From: Marsupella aquatica
Lineage: Eukaryota > Plantae > Marchantiophyta
NCBI GenBank assembly: GCA_973895155.1
Contig: OZ316897.1
Location: 11,493,832 to 11,557,831, forward strand
Length of the DNA: 64,000 bases
Direction: 5' to 3'
The notes under the pieces were generated by a model. That model was not told the origin of the DNA. It saw nothing but the letters and a program-made list of their open reading frames with translations, and did not search any database. Positions 1 through 10,660 of the stretch are shown here, piece by piece (the first letter of the stretch is position 1; each line of letters starts with the position of its first letter). Position numbers and translations under genes: made by a program.

Positions 1-351
1 TCATAAGCAGTGCGTGGCGCAAGTGCAAATTTTTGTAATCTCAAACTAGAAATTGCTCGGTCGGTTGCAAACTCATCTAGTGGACATGACGGGCCTTGAT
101 CTTCTCGTTAGTTGGTCTCTCTAGTTGCTGCACACATTGTCTAATGTTTTACTTTCGATGGATACAGGAATGATTCGCACAGTCTACATCTCATGACCCT
201 GGTCGGTGATGCTGCAGCCCATTTTAAAAGACGTCACATCAGTGCGAGGTAGAAGAATTCCAACCATTTTAGCTAATGAAGTGCAGCGGAGACTGGGCAT
301 TATACCCTGAAGCTGGTTCCCCTTCGACCCTAGGGACGGTACGCATTTCAA

Positions 352-2163
352 ATGTCTGAGCAGGAATCTGGAGTCTACCAGACTGCCTCGGATGGAGCCA
401 CCACGGAACCTGAAAGTTTGGAGTTGCCTGCCTCCAACGGAGGCAGCACCCCGAAATCCAAAAGTCTGGATCAGGCTTTGTTAAGGGGAACTACCACACA
501 ACCTGAAATTGTGGACCAGGATGCCCTAAGTAGAACCACCACGCCACCTGAAATTGTGGAGGTGGCTACTTCAAGTGGAACCACCACGGAGTCGGAGACA
601 AAATCCAAATCTACGCACCTGTTCCACCTTAAGGTCGAAGTCTCGGCCTCAAGTCTGCCCCGAGATCCTTCTCAGGGCCCAGATTACTCTACTGAGTGGT
701 TGGACTTGTCGAGAAGCGTCATTGGGGAGAAGAACGCGAAGATTTACGCTATGGCACTCGAGAGAAATCTGCTGCCAAATCTCAAAGTGTTATTTCTGGA
801 GGGAAATGCAGGAGATATTGGGATAAGGGCCACGTTAAGTGCGCTGCGAGCCGGTCATGTCAAAGGATTAGAGAAGTTAGTTATGTGGGAGGTGTCGTCC
901 TATGAGAAAATTACTAAAGAAGAAGCGGGCACAGACATGATTGCAGCTGCACTGAGATTTGGTAATCTGCCGAATTTAAACACGATGGATCTGACAGGGT
1001 CGCTACCAAAGTTGATTCCTGCCAGAAGTAAATGCAAGGCGATCTCAGAACTGCTCTTCGGGTGCACTTGGGGCACGGGAAATATTCGGGAGGGCCGCCG
1101 GCTTTTCGGGTGCTCTTGGGGCACGGGAAGATTGCTGGAGGGCCGGCACTTCAGGTGCACTTGGGGCACGGGAAGATTTCGGGAGGGCCGCGACATCTGT
1201 ATGGGATGCCTGTTTTGCACCCCCTTTTCAGAAAGAAACCAGGCTCTAGAGTGCCTTCGCTGTCTGGATCGGAGACTGGAAGCGTACAGTGGAGATGAGG
1301 GGATGTCAAAGATTGCAGGAGCACTCATGAAAACACCAATTACAGGCTTGCGGATTCTCATACTGCAGCAAAATCACATTAGAGACGAAGGGGCTTGTAG
1401 GCTTGCAAAGATTCTTAAACAAAACAGTCTGCCCAGTCTGGACGAGCTGGATCTGCGGAACAACCCTGTGGGTGTTAAAGGTGTGTCGAAGATAGTCTTT
1501 GCGTACGTGAAGAATCCGCTGCTGACGGTCAGGGTGAAGCTTGATTGGCCCAGTTTTCTACTGCACGGGATAGCGGGCTCGTTCAGAGACAGTAATATAA
1601 AACTTGAGTTTAGATTGAAAGAATTGGGAATATGTAACGAAGCTCTAGTCATAGGCGAATATACTACGCTCGTACACTATTGGTCACCTGAACCGGAATA
1701 TAGATTGCATCTCCTATGTCAAGCGAATTGTGCGAGTTATGCGAGCGAACAAGAGTTCCAGGGTCACATTGTTGAAGGCAGGGGCATGAAAGTCACCGGC
1801 AGCAAACCCAAGGGACACTCGTCACCAAAACCTCCTGCGAGAGGGGATGATTCGACACCTCGAGCCTTCAAAGAGACTCTGAAGGACGAATATTTCCTCA
1901 GAAATACCAGGAAAAGGAACCCAATTCCGGAGCTGTTGGTGCTGGCTGGGAGTGACCCTGAGGAGTTCTATTCGATATTTGGCCTTAGGCAGGTTCTGCT
2001 CCAAAAGCCATCGGGCACGAACAAGGGTTTGTATTCCCGTGTTTGGGTTTGTAAGTCTTGTTTCGATGATTATGTGAAGAGTCCGAAAGTTGTGCAACCC
2101 ATTACCACCGATGGTGAACTTGCCCGGAGCCCATTTTCGAGACACCAAGCCCGTCATATCTAA
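352..2163 (+). CDS. Intronless RI-type LRR protein with TORNADO1-like C-terminal motifs, no Roc-COR domain (paralogue 1, 603 aa)
   Basis: Open 603-codon ORF with a close paralogue at 8621-10660. RI-class LRRs: LPNLKVLFLEGN, ITGLRILILQQNHIRDEGACRLAKIL, LPSLDELDLRNNPVGVKGVSKI. C-terminal motifs YRLHLLC..HIVEG.G and FGLRQV..VWVCKSC resemble recalled TRN1 motifs RxHMLCE..MHVVEDQxG and FGLWRV..AWICxxH. No GxxxxGK[ST] P-loop. Confidence 0.75.
   Translation: MSEQESGVYQTASDGATTEPESLELPASNGGSTPKSKSLDQALLRGTTTQPEIVDQDALSRTTTPPEIVEVATSSGTTTESETKSKSTHLFHLKVEVSASSLPRDPSQGPDYSTEWLDLSRSVIGEKNAKIYAMALERNLLPNLKVLFLEGNAGDIGIRATLSALRAGHVKGLEKLVMWEVSSYEKITKEEAGTDMIAAALRFGNLPNLNTMDLTGSLPKLIPARSKCKAISELLFGCTWGTGNIREGRRLFGCSWGTGRLLEGRHFRCTWGTGRFREGRDICMGCLFCTPFSERNQALECLRCLDRRLEAYSGDEGMSKIAGALMKTPITGLRILILQQNHIRDEGACRLAKILKQNSLPSLDELDLRNNPVGVKGVSKIVFAYVKNPLLTVRVKLDWPSFLLHGIAGSFRDSNIKLEFRLKELGICNEALVIGEYTTLVHYWSPEPEYRLHLLCQANCASYASEQEFQGHIVEGRGMKVTGSKPKGHSSPKPPARGDDSTPRAFKETLKDEYFLRNTRKRNPIPELLVLAGSDPEEFYSIFGLRQVLLQKPSGTNKGLYSRVWVCKSCFDDYVKSPKVVQPITTDGELARSPFSRHQARHI
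1057..1194 (+). repeat. In-frame coding tandem repeat, 3 x 45-48 nt, encoding F(G/R)C(T/S)WGTGxxxEGR
   Basis: Units at 1057-1104, 1105-1149 and 1150-1194. Paralogue 2 has a single copy (9326-9370). Confidence 0.95.
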
Positions 2164-3490
2164 ACCCTGGAAGATGTCGAATACTGTAGCAACCGAGTCA
2201 TAATCCATTGCGAGTCTGGGCATGCAATGTGCTGATGATCGGGTCTGTCTGGCTAGTACATAAGGTGACTTAGCAATTGATCGAGGACTCGCTAGAATTT
2301 ATCTTTGTTCTAGAGTAGTGGCTTTAGAACATATATTTGTTTTCAACCGAATGCTTCAGAAAGCACATCTAGTTTAGAGGGTGCAAGTTTCGTTTGATAA
2401 TGTACCTAAAATTAAGTCGAGAGAGTTTGTGGTCTAATACCTTCAAAACGAATGAAGAAACTTGCTGCTGAATGTAGATAGACTCTAGCAGTTTGGAGCT
2501 CATGCACTGTATGCTGTTTGTATACATGTGGCAGAGGTTTAATATCGGCAATTTAATGTGAGCAAGCATGCACCCCTGCGTGGCATTTGAGAATTGACCA
2601 AAGAGATGTGTATGTGCCCGTTGCAGTTTCTTAATGGATCTTGCCTGGGTTCCATGTTTTAATTATCATCATGTACTGATGAGCACAATACTTCACATTT
2701 GACTTTGCTAGATTGCAATGAAATCTCAGTTTCTGTGAGGAGGATGGGTTACATTTGTAAGTATTAGTATTTGCTGATGAGCACAATACTTCAGGTTTGA
2801 CTTTGTCACAGGTCCAGTTAGAGACATCTGTAAATCTGGAAATTCCATGTCATCCTGTAAATTTCCAGCCATTATTTAGATGGTTTGAATTGAAGCATCT
2901 ACATTCATTTCCTGTGTAAGGCTCTTGTGGCCTCTCAACTTAAAATGAATTTTCATACTAACCATTAGGTTTGAATTGAAGCATCCATATTGCTTTTGTG
3001 CGTGAGTACTCATGTGAACAGTAATGTGATTGTTCAACAAAAACAACTTGATCAAACTCAACCTATCCATTCTCAGATTTTTGCATAAGCAGGTTATGCC
3101 CTTTACGGTGTCTATTATCAAGAAGTAGTAACTTAGATAGTAGTTTGGCTTTCAAAAGGATCAATACTGATAAATCCGGAAAGTCTTGTTGTGTATTCAA
3201 AAGGCAAGGTTTTGCAATAAAATAAATAAACTTGAAAGGCAACATCAAAAGTCTTCTCTCAATCATCTTGAATGACCTATAACAAGGACATTGGGAAAGA
3301 GTGTTAAAACTGTAACTAGGGGTGATAGAACGGGTGGAAGGGTTCCTTTATAAAAAGCTTACATTGCAGTCTAATGGATGGGTTCAGTTATGACAATAAT
3401 GTAGTAAAGTGATACCTAATGTTAAAATATATTGAAATGTCAACTTTATGGTCTGACTTATAACTTTTTCTTAAGTTACAACAATCAACC

Positions 3491-3755
3491 CTTGCATATA
3501 TGTTTGCCAATTGCCTGAACTTGTAACCTCATTGATTTTGAAGCTAAAATTGGGGTCAAATAGTAAACTGACCCGTGCAAATGTATGCAGGAGGATGCCT
3601 TTACTTGTAACCGTATTGATTTTGAAATCACAATTTAGGTCAAATTGTACACCAACACTTGCAGATGTGTGTACCAGAATGCCTTAACTTGTAGGCTTAT
3701 TGATTTAGAAATTACAATTGGGGTAAAAAAACACACGACACTTGCATATGTGTAC
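3491..3755. repeat. Degenerate ~84-bp tandem repeat, ~3 copies
   Basis: Recurring 'cttgca...acttgtaacc..attgattttgaa...aatt(g/t)(g/a)ggtcaaa' starting at ~3491, 3574, 3658 and 3741 (partial). Confidence 0.85.
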
Positions 3756-4487
3756 TAAAGTCGAATGCTTTAACTCATATAGTATAATATGGGCCTTGTA
3801 ATTATAGTACACAACTGATAAACAAAGTGAAAAACTTTTCTTAATTATAGAAATTTACCTTTTTCATTTGCAGGATCCAACAAAGGGTAGATTCTTCTTT
3901 CTTAATATGTAATTTCCTAAGATAACCCCCACCAATATGAAGCAAAACTCTAGACTGCCCATCTACCTACCAAAGCATTGCTTTTCTACAAGTACTAGAG
4001 ATACAGATTATCAATATTTACATATTTCTGGTCAAGATTGGAGAAATCTTTGATTACTCAAATAAAAAGCTTTAATTGTTTTGATAACACTCTATGTCTA
4101 GGTACCTCCTCTAGGGCCCTCTTGAGAAATATCTCCTAAATGCACACCAAAGTAGTCATCAACATTGTCTCATATTCACCTACACATTTAAGCACAACCA
4201 ACTATTCTCAAAAAGTTAAACAATTCTTTTATGATGGAATCTCTAATAAGATAAGCCTAATTATGACATTATTTGATTAGTAAATTAGTTTAAGTACCCC
4301 TTGATTATGTAAGCTTCTTTTATTGAACTATTTTGAGCCATGAAGAGTTGCACATTGGAATAAATAGATGAGAGGACAAAGATTAAATGGAGGATTCTAA
4401 ATGAAATGAATTTTTAAAGATATTTAGGATAATTTCATTGAAGACAAATAAAAGTACATTCATGATAATATTGAGGGTAATTCTTTG

Positions 4488-4700
4488 TGCAAAATGTTTC
4501 TCTTAGCATCTCTATGTCTATGCAATACGTGTAACATTTCAATCATATATGTCATGCAAAAGTTTTCCCTTAGTACCTCTATGTCTATGGGAGATATGTA
4601 ACATTTCAGTCATATATATATGTCATGCAAATTTTTCCCTTAGTTCCTCTATGTCTATGCAATACATGTAACATTTCAATCATATATTTCATGCAAAATA
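4488..4700. repeat. ~68-bp tandem repeat, 3 copies
   Basis: 'tgcaaaa..tttcccttagt.cctctatgtctatg...gtaacatttcaatcatatat' repeats at ~4488, 4556 and 4626. Confidence 0.9.
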
Positions 4701-6259
4701 TTATTTAGTTTGTCGCCCAGTTTGTCCATATTAGTTGAAAGATCTTAGAGTCCCCTGGTATTCCTCTACCAATATTAGTTATGGTATTTTTTTACCTTTG
4801 CTTTTTGCTTCTCTATCCATAATAGCCAAAGGAACTAGTTGAAGAGTTTTTTTTACTTTGTCATTAATTCAAAAATGATAAATTAAATAGAAAATTGAAA
4901 CAGATTACCACAAACCACTGATATATCAATCACAATTTATCCAAAGATTATTTTCTTTCACCCCTATTTTACCATTTCCTTTGCTTACTTGAAATGTTAT
5001 TTTTCAAATTTTCATTGTTTTTACACTTATAGGGTCTAATCTTTTTTCTTTGCCTTGCCTCAAACACAATTAATTAGGTAAATTTGGTTATTCTTGCATA
5101 ACTAATGGTTTCTTGTCTATCACAGATCATGCCAATGTGGCTGCACGTGCATCCATGGATTTTGGAAGGAACTTCTCAAGAGGGTCCTTAAACACACATC
5201 TACCTGCCAAAACATTGGATTATCTACCTGGCCTGTTATCCAAAAAAAATTGTTTTGCACCCTCAAATTCATCCATACCCCCTTCTATCTCAGGCAGCTG
5301 CCTGAGCTGCCCACAGTCTGCCTGCACCTGCTCAAGATGAAATAAATAAATAATTATAATTAAATATATAAATATAAATATAAATTTTTGGAAAAGTAAC
5401 TGAAGATTTTGAAAAGAGCATGAGAGACAGGTGGCGACGGGCAAGGGATGGCTTTAGATTGTACCCCGTTAGTAGCTCCTTCCCAACATTTTTGACATCA
5501 CACCTGACCATATCAAGTGTTCCTATCACAAAGAGATCTGATATGACGGTAGAAATAACCAATTATCGCTATTGTGTTTATTTTTCTCTTGAACCTTTTC
5601 CTCCTTTTTCTTGCGCTTTATGATGGAAATCTCACTTTTAAAATAATCCCATCCAACACGCAACTGGTCCCTGTTGGTTTTGGTGTAAAACTTGCTAATC
5701 ACGTTAAGCAGTCCATGGGAATGGGCAGTCCATCCAGGCTTCAGTTTCTGACCGCACAGATCATATGCTATGTACTTTGTTTTTCCAAAGCAAAATTGTA
5801 ACTGGAAAACCAACTGGGAAATAACATTCAAATAAACAATGAAAAGGGTGAAAGAAAAGAAACCTTGGATGGGGAAAATGATGCTCCCATGGACCACAAA
5901 ATTGGTCTTTTGAAACCCCCACGGACCACACATCCCAACATTTGAGTTTAAGTGTAATAACTTGATGCTAATAAATTCAAATATTTTTCAATTTTGAGTA
6001 AGTGCTAGAGGAGCAGGTATGCTACACTTCCATCAAAGTTACAGTGAATTTTTGGCCATTTTGGTTGAGTCATTCATCATGGAATGCGGAGAGGTAAATT
6101 CTATTTGATTCATTTCCATTGTGTTAATCTGAAATATTAGGGCTCGTGTTTTTTTATGTCTCCTCCTTCTCTAGTTGTCTTGTAGCTGAAAAACTGAAAA
6201 TTATTTTAAGACTTGTCATCATCAAGTTATAAGCACAAAACTCCCATAGACCACCAAAA

Positions 6260-6630
6260 TGTGGTACATGGGAGCACCCTGGTCCAACATGGAGGTGCAT
6301 TTAGAGGTTAACTCAGTCTTGGGTTGAACTATGGTTAGTATGTTAACTAGGGTTAGAGTAAACCCTAGTTGAAGAGATTGGTCCCTATCTCTTCAACTTC
6401 TATGTGGTGAGAGAACACACAAGAGAGTTCTCAAGAGAGAACACAGTGATATAGCAAGAGATGAGAGTTTGAAGAGATGAGAGCTATGGTGATGCTTGAG
6501 TAGACACATAACCGTTAATAAAGCTTGGTCTTCCCGTGGACGTAGCCAACCTTGAGGCGAACCACGTAACTATTGAGCACGTGTATGTTTGGAGTGTTTT
6601 TCCTGATCTGATTTCTCCTCGGGGGTCTCA
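6260..6630 (+). mobile_element. Probable LTR-retrotransposon LTR fragment (Copia-type); boundaries approximate
   Basis: A GA-rich stretch is followed by AATAAA (6517) and 'cccgtggacgtagcc...gcgaaccacgtaa' (6533-6569), a motif I recognise from plant Copia LTRs. No TSD or PBS identified. Confidence 0.5.
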
Positions 6631-6992
6631 CTATATGGGGACCTCCCCATCACCTGCGACGTTTTTAGGCCTCGGACCCCCTAAAATGTAAGAATTTTTA
6701 TTTATTTTTTAACCCCTATAAAGTTGGAATATTCCAAGAATATTCCAAAAATTGGATTAAAAAGACCCTAATGTTCTTATAAGTCTCAAAATTGAATTTA
6801 AAAGACCCTATTGTTCTTCTACAAAAATTCTTAAGTCTTCCCTTAGAACCAATAAAATGACCCTATCATTTGTCGCACGTGATATGCCATTTTTGTGGAA
6901 GTGAAACCCCCGAGGATTTCTCCCTACAGTCCATCCCACTTCACTTTCTTTGGATGGGTTGTGAATGTTACTAACCTGTGCCCCAAATTACC

Positions 6993-7288
6993 CAATATTG
7001 CTAATGTGCCCCCAAAATAAAATTATTTATCAACATCCCCCCATATCATATTTGGATTAATATTAACTTGTATACAGGTTCTCATTGCCACGCAGGAAAT
7101 TTCTACTGGATATCCTGAGTCCTCTGCAACACCCTTCCTCAGCCCCATTTAGCTTTGAGAACCTATATACAAGTTAATATTAACCCAAATATAAAATGGG
7201 GAGCTTTGGGAACCTATATAGGAGTTAATATTAAAATGGGGAAAAGGTTCATAATTAATTTTGTTTAGGGAACATGTTAATAATATTG
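6993..7288. mobile_element. Foldback / MITE-like element with long imperfect inverted arms
   Basis: 'atatttggattaatattaacttgtatacaggttctca' (~7049-7085) is the near reverse complement of 'tgagaacctatatacaagttaatattaacccaaatat' (~7155-7191). Outer arms 'caatattgctaatgtgcccccaaaataaaatta' and 'taattttgtttagggaacatgttaataatattg' also pair imperfectly. Confidence 0.7.
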
Positions 7289-7316
7289 AATCCTTTAGAG
7301 TACAGCACACTAAAAA

Positions 7317-7440
7317 GCTTATTCCATTATTAATGAAAGGTTGGGATGAGGCAACAACGTTATCGGTGAAATGAATGCAGGCTTATTCCATTATTACCGA
7401 AAGGTTGGGATGAGGCAACAACGTTATCCGTGGAATGCAG
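7317..7440. repeat. ~64-bp tandem duplication
   Basis: 'gcttattccattatta..gaaaggttgggatgaggcaacaacgttatc.gtg..atgcag' occurs twice. Confidence 0.95.
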
Positions 7441-8620
7441 CCCTTACAGTTAGAACTGTTGATCGTGTGCGCAACTCTCCTTTCTTACGAGATTCTCCCT
7501 TGATCGCAGGCAATGAGTCTCCAGTATAGCCAGCACTGAAATTCTGGATCGAGACCGCTTCGTTGTGTTCGGGGCAATGAGTAGTCAAACTTCGCGACGG
7601 TCTCCCGTAAAGTGTGTCACAAAGTCTCATACAGACGCTGTCATGCCCACTGTTGAAGCACTCGAGACTGTACCGCTAAGTCAGTTGATCTACGTCAGAT
7701 CTACGCATTTGACAGTGTGAGCCCCTGACAAGCCGGTAAAGTGGCAAAGTGTACAGCAGATTGAAAACAAATCCTCAAGCTGAACTATATTATATGAACG
7801 CTTGGGTATAGTAGTGTAGCCAGTTCCACACAAGCTCAAGCATGATCCTCTTTTCTCCTTTTCTACCAATGGAAAGGAAAGAGGGCGAATGCGGAAACCG
7901 CGTTGAGTGTGAACCTGTGAGTGTTCGAGATCTACAGTCTGGTTCCTTCTACCTGACTATGCAAAATCATACAGCCTGCTGGAGTGCTCTGCATAGCCTG
8001 CTCTTGCCTGAATCATTTCCGGTCGAGCTTCTCGATTGGGTCTCTTCGTGGCGAATTCGTTCCTGACTCTCGTTGCTAGTTATCCTGACGTCACTGTCAT
8101 TAGCCATGCGTCGGCTCTACTGCCAAATTTTTGTAACCTTTAACTAAAAATTGGTCGGTCGGTTGGAACATGCAGGGCCTTGACCTTCTCTCTAGTTGGT
8201 CTCTCTAGTTGCTGCACCCATCGTCTAATGTTTTACTGTCGAGTGTACACAAGTGCCAAATGTTTGTAACCAGAAACTAGAAATTGCTCGGTCGGTTGCA
8301 AACTCATCTAGAGGAGGCGAAGGGCCTTGGGCATTGATCCTCTCTCTAGTTGGTCTCTCTTGCTGCTGCCCACATTGTCTACTGTTTGACGTTGGAGTGT
8401 CAAGGATTGATGGGCACAGACTCAATCTCATGACCCTGGTCGGTAAAGGTGCAGCCCATTTTAAGAGAGTCACATCAGTGTGAAGTAGAAGAATTCCAAC
8501 CATATTAGCTGATGAAGTGGAGCGGAGACTGGGCAGTATACCCTAAGCAGGGTCAATTTAGTCCGTTAGGAGGAATTGTCAGCTGGTCCCCTTCGAGCTT
8601 AGGGACGGTACGCATTTCAA

Positions 8621-10660
8621 ATGTCTGGGCAGGAATCTGGAGTCTATCAGGCTGCGGAGGATGGAGCCACCACCGAACCTGAAAGTTTGGAGTTGCCTGC
8701 CTCCAACGGAGGCAGCACCCCGAAATCCAAAAGTTTGGATCAGGCTTTGTTAACGGCAACTACCACACAACCTGAAATTGTGGACCAGGCTGCCCAAAGT
8801 AGAACCACCACGCCATCTGAAATTGTGGAGGAGGCTCCCTCAAGTGGAACCACCACGGAGTCGGAGACAAAATCCAAATTTCCGCACCGGTTCCACCTCA
8901 AGGTCGAAGTCTCGGCCTCGAGTGCTTCCCGAGATCTTCCTCAGGGCCCAGATTACTGCACTGAGTGGTTGGACTTGTCGCGAAGCGTCATTGGGGAGAA
9001 GGACGCGAAGATTTACGCTATGGCACTACAGAGAAATCTGCTGCCCAATCTCAAAGTGCTGTTTCTCGAGGGAAATGCAGGAGATATTGGGATAAGGGCC
9101 ACTTTAAGTTCGCTGCGAGCTGGTCACGTCAAAGGATTAGAGAAGTTAGTTCTCTGGGAAGTGTCGTCCTATGACAAAATCACTCCATATGAAGCGGGCA
9201 CAGACATGATTGCAGCTGCACTAAAATTTGGCAATCTGCCGAATTTGAACACGATGGATCTGACAGGGTCGCTACCAAAGTTGATTCCAGCCAGAAGGAA
9301 ATACAAAACGATCACAGAACTGCTATTCAGGTGCTCTTGGGGTACGGGAAGACTTCGGGAGGGCCGCGACATCTGTATGGGATGCCTGATACCGTTTTGC
9401 ACCCCATATCCAGAAAGAAACCAGGCTCTGGAGTGCCTTCGCTGTCTGGATCAAAAACTGGAAGTGTACAGTGGAGATGACGGGACGTCAAAGATTGCAG
9501 GAGCGTTCATGAAAACACCAATTCAAGGCTTGCGGATTCTCATACTGCAGCAAAATTATATTGGAAACAAAGGGGCTTCTAGGCTTGCAGAGACTCTTGA
9601 ACACAACAGTCTGCCCAATCTGGACGAGCTGGATCTGCGGCACAACCCTGTGGGTTATGAGGGTGCGAAGAAGATAGTCTTTGCTTACTTGAAGAATCCG
9701 CTGCTGACTGTCAGGGTGAAGCTTGATTGGCCCAGTTTCCTGCTCCACGAGATAGCTGTCGCCTTCAGAGACAGTAATATAAAACTTGAGGTTAGATTGA
9801 AAGAATTGGGAATATGTAACGAAGCAATAGTCGTAGGCGAATATATTGAGCTCGTACACTATTGGTCACCTGAACCGGAATATCGATTGCATCTCCGATG
9901 TCAAGCGGATTGTGCGAGTTATGCGAGTTATGCGAGAGAACAAAAGTTCCAGGCTCATGATGTTGTCGGCAAATGGGGAATTAAAGTCACTGCCAGCAAA
10001 CCCAAGGGAGACGCATCACAAAAAATTCTTCAGAGAGATATTCAGCCGGACGGCTCGGATGAGAAAGATTTTGATGCATCAGCCGTAGACTTGAAAAATA
10101 GGGTAATCGACAGATTTTACATCAGAAGCAGTACCCGTTACTTCTTGTCACGGGCTAAAATCAGCAGAAACACGAGGGCTGTTTTCCACCAGCCTGCCAA
10201 GCATCCAAAGCTAAGGAGGGACCCAATTGATGAGCTCTTGGTGCTGGCTGAGAGTAACCCTGATGAGTTCTATTCGATATTTGGCCTCAGGCAGGTTTTG
10301 CTGCAAATCCCATCAGGCAAGAACGAGGGTTTATATTCCCGTGTGTGGGTTTGTAAGCCTTGTTTCGATGATTATGAGAAGAGTCTGAAAGTTGTGCAAC
10401 CCATCACCACCGATGGTGAACTTGAACCAAGACCGTCATCAGCAGCGCAATCCCCGAAGCCCAATTCCGAGGGACCGACAAGATCGCCATCACCAGCTCA
10501 ATCCCCGAAGCCTAATTCCGAGGGACCAACAAGAGAGTCGTCTCCAGCTCAATTCCCGAGGGCCAAATCCGAGGGAACACCTCATTGGCTGCACTCCTTG
10601 ACATCGTTTCTCAGTCAAATGAAAATTTTCTGCCGGGCAGCATCCCCTGCCACTCGATAA
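8621..10660 (+). CDS. Intronless RI-type LRR protein with TORNADO1-like C-terminal motifs, no Roc-COR domain (paralogue 2, 679 aa)
   Basis: Open 679-codon ORF colinear with 352-2163. Same LRRs (IQGLRILILQQNYIGNKGASRLAETL, LPNLDELDLRHNPVG), YRLHLRC..HDVVGKWG and FGLRQV..VWVCKPC motifs. Adds an S/P-rich tail. Confidence 0.75.
   Translation: MSGQESGVYQAAEDGATTEPESLELPASNGGSTPKSKSLDQALLTATTTQPEIVDQAAQSRTTTPSEIVEEAPSSGTTTESETKSKFPHRFHLKVEVSASSASRDLPQGPDYCTEWLDLSRSVIGEKDAKIYAMALQRNLLPNLKVLFLEGNAGDIGIRATLSSLRAGHVKGLEKLVLWEVSSYDKITPYEAGTDMIAAALKFGNLPNLNTMDLTGSLPKLIPARRKYKTITELLFRCSWGTGRLREGRDICMGCLIPFCTPYPERNQALECLRCLDQKLEVYSGDDGTSKIAGAFMKTPIQGLRILILQQNYIGNKGASRLAETLEHNSLPNLDELDLRHNPVGYEGAKKIVFAYLKNPLLTVRVKLDWPSFLLHEIAVAFRDSNIKLEVRLKELGICNEAIVVGEYIELVHYWSPEPEYRLHLRCQADCASYASYAREQKFQAHDVVGKWGIKVTASKPKGDASQKILQRDIQPDGSDEKDFDASAVDLKNRVIDRFYIRSSTRYFLSRAKISRNTRAVFHQPAKHPKLRRDPIDELLVLAESNPDEFYSIFGLRQVLLQIPSGKNEGLYSRVWVCKPCFDDYEKSLKVVQPITTDGELEPRPSSAAQSPKPNSEGPTRSPSPAQSPKPNSEGPTRESSPAQFPRAKSEGTPHWLHSLTSFLSQMKIFCRAASPATR
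10448..10580 (+). repeat. In-frame 51-nt coding repeat (QSPKPNSEGPTR..SPA), ~2.6 copies
   Basis: Units start at 10448, 10499 and 10550; absent from paralogue 1. Confidence 0.95.

Larger units (their letters stand above)
1..10424 (+). repeat. Tandem segmental duplication: 1-~2121 is homologous to ~8098-~10424
   Basis: Upstream and coding sequence align directly, e.g. 'aaactagaaattgctcggtcggttgcaaactcatctag' and 'tagggacggtacgcatttcaaatgtctg' occur in both copies. Similarity ends at 'accaccgatggtgaactt'. Copy 2 has an extra internal ~130-bp duplication in its leader (~8125-8390). Confidence 0.95.

Noticed and set aside
2677-2806. Duplicated CTGATGAG motif as hammerhead core or snoRNA box C
   Set aside because: No stem II/GAAA arrangement and no well-placed box D or terminal stem; treated as a short local duplication.
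5113-5933. Transposase fragments in the spacer between the LRR paralogues
   Set aside because: AT-rich TE-like DNA, but no DDE, RT or integrase motif could be recognised with confidence.
7700-8400. Stress-type cis-elements (TGACGTCA at 8086, CCGCGT at 7899, TTGACC at 8180) upstream of LRR paralogue 2
   Set aside because: Short motifs expected by chance; enrichment cannot be shown by eye.
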